Source of the DNA: the human T2T-CHM13v2.0 reference genome, Homo sapiens | Strand: one strand, 5' to 3' | DNA: 64,000 nt | Assembly: GCF_009914755.1 (NCBI RefSeq) | Contig: NC_060948.1 | Shown: one piece after another, positions 1 through 10,682 of the stretch | Layout: each line of letters starts with the position of its first letter | Numbering within the stretch: position 1 is the stretch's first letter | Translations under genes and position numbers: made by a program | The notes under the pieces: generated by a model | Databases searched by the model: none | What the model was told of the DNA's origin: nothing | What the model saw: only the letters and a program-made list of their open reading frames with translations

Positions 1-901
1 TAATGGACTGGAATGGAATGAAATCACATGGAATGGGAACGAATGGAATGGAATGGAAAGGAATGGAATCGAATGGAAAGGAATCGAATGGAAGGGAATG
101 AAATTGAATCAACAGGAATGGAAGGGAATAGAATAGACGGTAATGGAATGGACTCGAATAGAATGGACACGAATGCTCAAATTGAATGGACTCGAATGGA
201 ATGGAAACGAAAGGAATGTCATCGAATGGAATTGAATCGATTGGAATGAAATCGCATAGAATGGAGTGGAATCAAATGGAATTGAATCGAAAGGAAAGGA
301 AGCCAATGGACTGAAATGAAATGGAATGGAATGGAATGGAAAGTAATGCAATGGAATAGAATGGAACGAAATTTCACGGAATGGAATGAAACTGAATGGA
401 ATCAAATCAATGGAATCTAATCAAGTGGAATGGAAAGGAATTGAATGGAGTAGATTGGATTGGATGGGATTGGAATGAAATGTACTGGAAAGGACTCGAA
501 TTTCATGAAACGGAATGGAATGAATTGGAACGGAATGGACTCGAATGGAATGGAATGTCATGGAATGGCATCAAATGGAATGGCATCAAATGGAATGGAA
601 TCGAATGCAATGGAATGCTATGGAATGGAATGGAATGCATTGGAATGGAATGTCCTCTAATGGAATGGATTCGAGTGGAATGGAATCGAATATAATGGAG
701 TCGAATGAAATGGAATTGAAAGGAATGGGATCGAATACAATGGAATATACTGGAATGTAATGTAATGAACTTGAATGTAATTGACTGGAATGGAATGTAC
801 ATGAATGGAATGTAATCGAATGGAAAGTAATCCAATGGAATAGAATCTAATGCAATAAAATCGACTCAGATAGAGTAGAATGTAATGGAATGGAGTGCAG
901 T

Positions 902-977
902 GCAATGGAATGGAATGGAATGGAATGCAATGGAATGGAATGGAATGGAATGGAATGGAATGGAATGGAATGGAATG
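902..977 (+). repeat. Near-pure (GGAAT)n microsatellite-like tract with variable copy number; one per unit
   Basis: Uninterrupted GGAAT run after gagtgcagtgc. The spacing of flanking landmarks varies from 195 to 240 bp between units, always in steps of 5. Confidence 0.88.
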
Positions 978-1706
978 GTGTGGAATGGATAGTAATGGAC
1001 TGGAGTGAAATGGACTGGAAATGAATGGACTCAAATTGAAAGGGCTCGAAAGGAATGGAGTCAAATGGAATGGTCTGGAATGGAATGAACACGAATGTAA
1101 TGCAATCCAATAGAATGGAATCGAATGGCATGGAATATAAAGAAATGGAATCGAAGAGAATGGAAACAAATGGAATGGAATTGAATGGAATGGAATTGAA
1201 TGGAATGGGAACGAATGGAGTGAAATTGTTTGCAGTAGAAGAGAATAGAATGGAATGCAAGCGAAAGGAAAGGAATGGATTGGAATGGAATGGAATTCAT
1301 TGGAATGGAAGGGAATGTAGTGTAATGGACAGGCCTGGAATAAAGTGAAATGCTACGGTCTCGAATGGAATAAAAATGTATGGAATGGAATGCAATGAAA
1401 CGGAATCGAATGTCATAGAATGTAATGGAATGCAAAAAAATGGAATCCAAAATCATTGACTGGAAAGGCTGGATGTTGAAAGGAATTGACTCCAATGGAA
1501 TGGAATCGAATGGAATGGAAGTGAATAGAATCGAACTAAATCGAATGGAATGGAATTGATAGGAACGGAATGGAAAGGAATGCAATGATTTGGCATGGAA
1601 TGGAAACGAATGGTATCTAATGGAATGGAATGGAATGTAATGGAATGGAATGTATTAGAATGTAATGAACTTTAATGGAATGTACTCGAATGGATTCGAC
1701 TGGAAT

Positions 1707-1721
1707 GGAATGTTCTGGAAG
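1707..1721. promoter_or_regulatory. Perfect three-unit heat shock element motif (HSE-1), recurring at the same place in every unit
   Basis: gGAAtgTTCtgGAAg matches the HSF1 consensus nGAAnnTTCnnGAAn exactly. Motif match only; binding is not shown. Confidence 0.5.
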
Positions 1722-1986
1722 TGAATGGACTCCAATGGAATGGATTCAAACGGAATGGAATCGTACGGAATGGAATCTAATGGAATGGAATTAAATGGAA
1801 ATGAATCAAATTGAATAGAACGGAATTGAATTGAATGGAATGGAATGCAATGGAATCTAATGAAACGGAAAGGAAAGGAATGCAATGGAATGGAATGGGC
1901 TGGAATGGAAAGGAATCGAAACGAATGGAATGGAATCGAACTGAAGAGACTGGAATGGAATGCACTGGAATGGAAGGGAGTGTAAT

Positions 1987-2001
1987 GGAAGGTTCTCGAA
2001 A
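1987..2001. promoter_or_regulatory. Perfect three-unit heat shock element motif (HSE-2), recurring per unit
   Basis: gGAAggTTCtcGAAa matches nGAAnnTTCnnGAAn; disrupted (TAA) in unit 5 at 16212. Confidence 0.5.
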
Positions 2002-3006
2002 AAAATGGAATCGAATGGAATGGAATTGAATGGAACGGAATAGAGTCGAATGGAATTGAATGGAATGGAATGGACTAGAGTGAAATGGAATCGAACCACA
2101 AGGAATGGACAGGAATAGAATGGTCTCGAATTGAATGGAATCGTATGGAATGGCATCAAACGGAATGGATTGGACAGCCACGGAATGGAATGCACTCGAA
2201 TGCAATGGAGTCGAAACTAATGGATGGAATAGAATGGACTTGACTGGTACGGACTCCAATGGAATGGAATCGAATGGAAGGGAATCGAACGGAATGGACT
2301 CGAAGGGAAAAGACTGCAATGGAAAGGTCTCCAATGGAATGGAAATTAATGGAATGGAATGGAATCGAATGAAATGGAGTCAAAAGGAATGGAATCGAAT
2401 GGCAAGAAATCAAATGTAATGGAATCGCAAGGAATTGATGTGAACTGAACGGAATGGAATGGAATCCAAAGGAATGGAATAGAATGGAATGGAATCGAAT
2501 GGAAAGGACTCGAATGGAAATCACTCGAATAGAATGCAATTTAATAAAATAGGATCAAATGTAATGGAATGGAATGGAAAGGAATCGAAACGAAAGGAAT
2601 GGAGACAGATGGAATGGAATGGAACAGAGAGCAATGGTATAGAATGGAATGGAATCATCTGGAATGGAATTGAATGGAATGGAATAACATGAAATGGAAT
2701 GGAATGGAATGGAATGCCCTTGAATTAAATGGACTGGAATGGAATGGACTCGAACAGAGTGGAATGGAAAGTGTTGAAATAGAATGGAATGGACTCCTTT
2801 GGAATGGTCTAGTATGCAATGCAATCGACTGGCAGGGAATCAAAAGGAATGTAATCGAATGGATTGGACTGGAATGCAATGGACTCGAATAGATTGGAAA
2901 CGGAATGCAAAGGAATGGAATGGAATAGTATGGAATGGAATGGAAAGGAATGGAGTGGAATAGACTAGAGTGGAATGGAATGGACTGGAAAGCAATGGAC
3001 TGGAAT

Positions 3007-3021
3007 GGAACTTTCTTGAAT
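3007..3021. promoter_or_regulatory. Perfect three-unit heat shock element motif (HSE-3), recurring per unit
   Basis: gGAActTTCttGAAt matches nGAAnnTTCnnGAAn; disrupted (AAA) in unit 3 at 10110. Confidence 0.5.
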
Positions 3022-3580
3022 GGACTGGAATCAAACGGAATGGAATGCAATGCAATCAAATGGCATGGAATAAAATGGAATGAAAGGGAATCAAATGGAA
3101 TTGAATCGAATGGAATCGAATGGATTGGAAAGGAATAGAATGGAATGGAATGGAATTGACTCAAATGGAATGGACTAGAATGGAATGGATTCGAATGGAA
3201 GGCAAAGGAATGGAATCTATTGGAATGGACTGTAATGGAATGGAATGGAAGGGATTGGAATGGACTCGAATGGAATGGACTGCAATAGAAAGGATTCGAA
3301 TGGAATGAAAAAGAATTGAATGGAATAGAACAGAATGGAATCAAATCGAATGAAATGGAATGGAATAGAAAGGAATGGAATGAAATGGAATGGAAAGGAT
3401 TCGAATGGAATGCAATCGAATGGAATGGAATCGAACGGAATGGAATAAAATGGAAGAAAACTGGCAAGAAATGGAATCGAAATGAATGGAGTGTTATGGA
3501 ACGGACTCAAAAGGAATTGAATGTAATAGAATGGAGTGGAGTGGACTCGAATATAATGGACTGGAATGGAATGAAATCAC

Positions 3581-6500
3581 ATGGAATGGGAACGAATGGA
3601 ATGGAATGGAAAGGAATGGAATCGAATGGAAAGGAATCGAATGGAAGGGAATGAAATTGAATCAACAGGAATGGAAGGGAATAGAATAGACGGTAATGGA
3701 ATGGACTCGAATAGAATGGACACGAATGCTCAAATTGAATGGACTCGAATGGAATGGAAACGAAAGGAATGTCATCGAATGGAATTGAATCGATTGGAAT
3801 GAAATCGCATAGAATGGAGTGGAATCAAATGGAATTGAATCGAAAGGAAAGGAAGCCAATGGACTGAAATGAAATGGAATGGAATGGAATGGAAAGTAAT
3901 GCAATGGAATAGAATGGAACGAAATTTCACGGAATGGAATGAAACTGAATGGAATCAAATCAATGGAATCTAATCAAGTGGAATGGAAAGGAATTGAATG
4001 GAGTAGATTGGATTGGATGGGATTGGAATGAAATGTACTGGAAAGGACTCGAATTTCATGAAACGGAATGGAATGAATTGGAACGGAATGGACTCGAATG
4101 GAATGGAATGTCATGGAATGGCATCAAATGGAATGGCATCAAATGGAATGGAATCGAATGCAATGGAATGCTATGGAATGGAATGGAATGCATTGGAATG
4201 GAATGTCCTCTAATGGAATGGATTCGAGTGGAATGGAATCGAATATAATGGAGTCGAATGAAATGGAATTGAAAGGAATGGGATCGAATACAATGGAATA
4301 TACTGGAATGTAATGTAATGAACTTGAATGTAATTGACTGGAATGGAATGTACATGAATGGAATGTAATCGAATGGAAAGTAATCCAATGGAATAGAATC
4401 TAATGCAATAAAATCGACTCAGATAGAGTAGAATGTAATGGAATGGAGTGCAGTGCAATGGAATGGAATGGAATGGAATGCAATGGAATGGAATGGAATG
4501 GAATGGAATGGAATGGAATGGAATGGAATGGAATGGTGTGGAATGGATAGTAATGGACTGGAGTGAAATGGACTGGAAATGAATGGACTCAAATTGAAAG
4601 GGCTCGAAAGGAATGGAGTCAAATGGAATGGTCTGGAATGGAATGAACACGAATGTAATGCAATCCAATAGAATGGAATCGAATGGCATGGAATATAAAG
4701 AAATGGAATCGAAGAGAATGGAAACAAATGGAATGGAATTGAATGGAATGGAATTGAATGGAATGGGAACGAATGGAGTGAAATTGTTTGCAGTAGAAGA
4801 GAATAGAATGGAATGCAAGCGAAAGGAAAGGAATGGATTGGAATGGAATGGAATTCATTGGAATGGAAGGGAATGTAGTGTAATGGACAGGCCTGGAATA
4901 AAGTGAAATGCTACGGTCTCGAATGGAATAAAAATGTATGGAATGGAATGCAATGAAACGGAATCGAATGTCATAGAATGTAATGGAATGCAAAAAAATG
5001 GAATCCAAAATCATTGACTGGAAAGGCTGGATGTTGAAAGGAATTGACTCCAATGGAATGGAATCGAATGGAATGGAAGTGAATAGAATCGAACTAAATC
5101 GAATGGAATGGAATTGATAGGAACGGAATGGAAAGGAATGCAATGATTTGGCATGGAATGGAAACGAATGGTATCTAATGGAATGGAATGGAATGTAATG
5201 GAATGGAATGTATTAGAATGTAATGAACTTTAATGGAATGTACTCGAATGGATTCGACTGGAATGGAATGTTCTGGAAGTGAATGGACTCCAATGGAATG
5301 GATTCAAACGGAATGGAATCGTACGGAATGGAATCTAATGGAATGGAATTAAATGGAAATGAATCAAATTGAATAGAACGGAATTGAATTGAATGGAATG
5401 GAATGCAATGGAATCTAATGAAACGGAAAGGAAAGGAATGCAATGGAATGGAATGGGCTGGAATGGAAAGGAATCGAAACGAATGGAATGGAATCGAACT
5501 GAAGAGACTGGAATGGAATGCACTGGAATGGAAGGGAGTGTAATGGAAGGTTCTCGAAAAAAATGGAATCGAATGGAATGGAATTGAATGGAACGGAATA
5601 GAGTCGAATGGAATTGAATGGAATGGAATGGACTAGAGTGAAATGGAATCGAACCACAAGGAATGGACAGGAATAGAATGGTCTCGAATTGAATGGAATC
5701 GTATGGAATGGCATCAAACGGAATGGATTGGACAGCCACGGAATGGAATGCACTCGAATGCAATGGAGTCGAAACTAATGGATGGAATAGAATGGACTTG
5801 ACTGGTACGGACTCCAATGGAATGGAATCGAATGGAAGGGAATCGAACGGAATGGACTCGAAGGGAAAAGACTGCAATGGAAAGGTCTCCAATGGAATGG
5901 AAATTAATGGAATGGAATGGAATCGAATGAAATGGAGTCAAAAGGAATGGAATCGAATGGCAAGAAATCAAATGTAATGGAATCGCAAGGAATTGATGTG
6001 AACTGAACGGAATGGAATGGAATCCAAAGGAATGGAATAGAATGGAATGGAATCGAATGGAAAGGACTCGAATGGAAATCACTCGAATAGAATGCAATTT
6101 AATAAAATAGGATCAAATGTAATGGAATGGAATGGAAAGGAATCGAAACGAAAGGAATGGAGACAGATGGAATGGAATGGAACAGAGAGCAATGGTATAG
6201 AATGGAATGGAATCATCTGGAATGGAATTGAATGGAATGGAATAATATGAAATGGAATGGAATGGAATGGAATGGAATGCCCTTGAATTAAATGGACTGG
6301 AATGGAATGGACTCGAACAGAGTGGAATGGAAAGTGTTGAGATAGAATGGAATGGACTCCTTCGGAATGGTGTAGTATGCAATGCAATCGACTGGCAGGG
6401 AATCAAAAGGAATGTAATGGAATGGATTGGACTGGAATGCAATGGACTCGAATAGATTGGAAACGGAATGCAAAGGAATGGAATGGAATAGTATGGAATG

Positions 6501-7143
6501 GAATGGAAAGGAATGGAGTGGAATAGACTAGAGTGGAATGGAATGGACTGGAAAGCAATGGACTGGAATGGAACTTTCTTGAATGGACTGGAATCAAACG
6601 GAATGGAATGCAATGCAATCAAATGGCATAGAATAAGATAGAATGAAAGAGAATCAAATGGAATTGAATGGAATGGAATCGAATGGATTGGAAAGGAATA
6701 GAATGGAATGGAATGGAATGGACTCAAATGGAATGGACTAGAATGGAATGGATTCGAATGGAAGGCAAAGGAATGGAATCTATTGGAATGGACTGTAATG
6801 GAATGGAATGGAAGGGATTGGAATGGACTCGAATGGAATGGACTGCAATAGAAAGGATTCGAATGGAATGAAAAAGAATTGAATGGAATAGAACAGAATG
6901 GAATCAAATCGAATGAAATGGAATGGAATAGAAAGGAATGGAATGAAATGGAATGGAAAGGATTCGAATGGAATGCAAACGAATGGAATGGAATCGAACG
7001 GAATGGAATAAAATGGAAGAAAACTGGCAAGAAATGGAATCGAAATGAATGGAGTGTTATGGAATGGACTCAAAAGGAATTGAATGTAATAGAATGGAGT
7101 GGAGTGGACTCGAATATAATGGACTGGAATGGAATGAAATCAC
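3581..7143 (+). repeat. DYZ1 unit 2 (3563 bp)
   Basis: Anchor spacing 3581 to 7144; near-identical to unit 1 over its first ~2.65 kb. Confidence 0.92.
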
Positions 7144-10100
7144 ATGGAATGGGAACGAATGGAATGGAATGGAAAGGAATGGAATCGAATGGAAAGGAAT
7201 CGAATGGAAGGGAATGAAATTGAACCAACAGGAATGGAAGGGAATAGAATAGACGGTAATGGAATGGACTCGAATAGAATGGACACGAATGCTCAAATTG
7301 AATGGACTCGAATGGAATGGAAACGAAAGGAATGTCATCGAATGGAATTGAATCGATTGGAATGAAATCGCATAGAATGGAGTGGAATCAAATGGAATTG
7401 AATCGAAAGGAAAGGAAGCGAATGGACTGAAATGAAATGGAATGGAATTGAATGGAAAGTAATGCAATGGAATAGAATGGAACGAAATTTCACGGAATGG
7501 AATCAAACTGAATGGAATCAAATCAATGGAATCTAATCAAATGGAATGGAAAGGAATTGAATGGAGTAGATTGGATTGGATGGGATTGGAATGAAATGTA
7601 CTGGAAAGGACTCGAATTTCATGAAACGGAATGGAATGAATTGGAACGGAATGGACTCGAATGGAATGGAATGTCATGGAATGGCATCAAATGGAATGGC
7701 ATCAAATGGAATGGAATCGAATGCAATGGAATGCTATGGAATGGAATGGAATGCATTGGAATGGAATGTCCTCTAATGGAATGGATTCGAGTGGAATGGA
7801 ATCGAATATAATGGAGTCGAATGAAATGGAATTGAAAAGAATGGGATCGAATACAATGGAATATACTGGAATGTAATGTAATGAACACGAATGTAATTGT
7901 CTGGAATGGAATGTATATGAATGGAATGTAATCGAATGGAAAGTAATCCAATGGAATAGAATCTAATGCAATAAAATCGACTCAGATAGAGTAGAATGTA
8001 ATGGAATGGAGTGCAGTGCAATGGAATGGAATGGAATGGAATGCAATGGAATGGAATGGAATGGAATGGAATGGGATGGAATGGTATGGAATGGATAGTA
8101 ATGGACTGGAGTGAAATGGACTGGAAAGGAATGGACTCAAATTGAAAGGGCTCGAAAGGAATGGAGACAAACGGAATGGTCTGGAATGGAATGAACACGA
8201 ATGTAATGCAATCCAATAGAATGGAGTCGAATGGCATGGAATATAAAGAAATGGAATCGAAGAGAATAGAAACAAATGGAATGGAATTGAATGGAATGGA
8301 ATTGAATGGAATGGGAACGAATGGAGTGAAATTGTATGCAGTAGAAGAGAATAGAATGGAATGCAAGCGAAAGGAAAGGAATGGATTGGAATGGAAAGGA
8401 ATTCATTGGAATGGAAGGGAATGTAGTGTAATGGACAGGCCTGGAATAAAGTGGAATGCTACGGTCTCGAGTGGAATAAAAATGTATGGATTGGAATGCA
8501 ATGAAACGGAATCGAATGTCATAGAATGTAATGGAATGCAAAAAAAAGGAATCCAAAATCATTGACTGGAAAGGCTGGGTGTCGAAAGGAATTGACTCCA
8601 ATGGAATGGAATCGAATGGAATGGAAGTGAATAGAATCGAACTAAATCGAATGGAATGGAATTGATAGGAACGGAATGGAAAGGAATGCAATGATTTGGC
8701 ATGGAATGGAATCGAATGGCATCGAATGGAATGGAATGGAATGCAATGGAATGGAATGTATTAGAATGTAATGAACTTTAATGGAATGTACTCGAAAGGA
8801 TTTGACTGGAATGGAATGTTCTGGAAGTGAATGGACTCCAATGGAATGGATTCGAAAGGAATGGAATCGTACGGAATGGAATCTAATGGAATGGAATTAA
8901 ATGGAAATGAATCAAATTGAATAGCACGGAATTGAATTGAATGGAATGGAATGCAATGGAATCTAATGAAACGGAAAGGAAAGGAATGCAATGGAATGGA
9001 ATGGGCTGGAATGGAAAGGAATCGAAACGAATGGAATGGAATCGAACTGAAGAGACTGGAATGGAATGCACTGGAATGGAAGGGAGTGTAATGGAAGGTT
9101 CTCGAAAAAAATGGAATCGAATGGAATGGAATTGAGTGGAACGGAATAGAGTCGAATGGAATTGAATGGAATGGAATGGACTAGAGTGAAATGGAATCGA
9201 ACCACAAGGAATGGACAGGAATAGAATGGTCTCGAATTGAATGGAATCGTATGGAATGGCATCAAACGGAATGGAATGGACAGCCACGGAATGGAATGCA
9301 CTCGAATGCAATGGAGTCGAAACTAATGGACTGGAATAGAATGGACTCGACTGGTACGGACTCCAATGGAATGGAATCGAATGGAAGGGAATCGAACGGA
9401 ATGGACTCGAAGGGAAAAGACTGCAATGGAACGGTCTCGAATGGAATGGAAATTAATGGAATGGAATGGAATCGAATGAAATGGAGTCAAAAGGAATGGA
9501 ATCGAATGGCAAGAAATCGAATGTAATGGAATCGCAAGGAATTGATGTGAACGGAACGGAATGGAATGGAATCCAAAGGAATGGAATAGAATGGAATGGA
9601 ATCGAATGGAAAGGACTCGAATGGAAATCACTCGAATAGAATGCAATTTAATAAAATAGGATCAAATGTAATGGAATGGAATGGAAAGGAATCAAAACGA
9701 AAGGAATGGAGACAGATGGAATGGAATGGAACAGATAGCAATGGTATACAATGGAATGGAATCATCTGGAATGGAATTGAATGGAATGGAATAATATGAA
9801 ATGGAAAGGAATGGAATGGAATGGAATGCCCTTGAATTAAATGGACTGGACTCGAACAGAGTGGAATGGAAAGTGTTGAGATAGAATGGAATGGACTCCT
9901 TTGGAATGGTCTAGTATGCAATGCAATCGACTGGCAGGGAATCAAAAGGAATGTAATGGAATGGATTGGACTGGAATGCAATGGACTCGAATAGATTGGA
10001 AACGGAATGCAAAGGAATGGAATGGAATAGTATGGAATGGAATGGAAAGGAATGGAGTGGAATAGACTAGAGTGGAATGGAATGGACTCGAAAGCAATGG

Positions 10101-10682
10101 ACTGGAATGAAACTTTCTTGAATGGACTGGAATCAAACGGAATGGAATGCAATGCAATCAAATTTCATGGAATAAGATAGAATGAAAGAGAATCAAATGG
10201 AATTGAATCGAATGGAATCGAATGGATTGGAAAGGAAGAGAATGGAATGGAATGGAATTGACTCAAATGGAATGGACTAGAATGGAATGGATTCGAATGG
10301 AAGGCAAAGGAATGGAATCTATTGGAATGGACTGTAATGGAATGGAATGGAAGGGATTGGAATGGACTCGAATGGAATGGACTGCAATAGAAAGGATTCG
10401 AATGGAATGAAAAAGAATTGAATGGAATAGAACAGAATGGAATCAAATCGAATGAAATGGAATGGAATAGAAAGGAATGGAATGAAATGGAATGGAAAGG
10501 ATTCGAATGGAATGCAATCGAATGGAATGGAATCGAACGGAATGGAATAAAATGGAAGAAAACTGGCAGGAAATGGAATCGAAATGAATGGAGTGTTATG
10601 GAACGGACTCAAAAGGAATTGAATGTAATAGAATGGAGTGGAGTGGACTCGAATATAATGGACTGGAATGGAATGAAATCAC
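7144..10682 (+). repeat. DYZ1 unit 3 (3539 bp)
   Basis: Anchor spacing; 10-bp deletion near 9850 (ggactggactcgaacag). Confidence 0.92.

Larger units (their letters stand above)
28..3580 (+). repeat. DYZ1 unit 1 (3553 bp; unit phase arbitrarily anchored at aaatcacATGg)
   Basis: Anchor at 28, next anchor at 3581. Carries a 1-bp deletion (aactaatggatgg, ~2216-2228) shared with unit 2. Confidence 0.92.

Noticed and set aside
368-509. Additional HSE-like motifs GAAatTTCacgGAA (368) and GAAtTTCatGAA (498)
   Set aside because: Spacing is off by one base, leaving only two correctly spaced nGAAn units, so they were not counted as canonical HSEs.
2072-3045. Possible internal ~0.9-kb or ~1.8-kb sub-repeat (gactagagtg at ~2073 and ~2963; atcaaacggaatgg at ~2155 and ~3030)
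   Set aside because: The offsets are inconsistent (about 890 versus 875) and short matches are expected by chance in a pentamer-derived sequence. A masked self-dotplot would be needed.
853-3450. AATAAA hexamers (~854, ~1339, ~1369, ~2543, ~3069, ~3444) as polyadenylation signals
   Set aside because: They are easily produced by decay of AATGGA in an A-rich strand, with no GU-rich downstream element or transcript evidence in the sequence.
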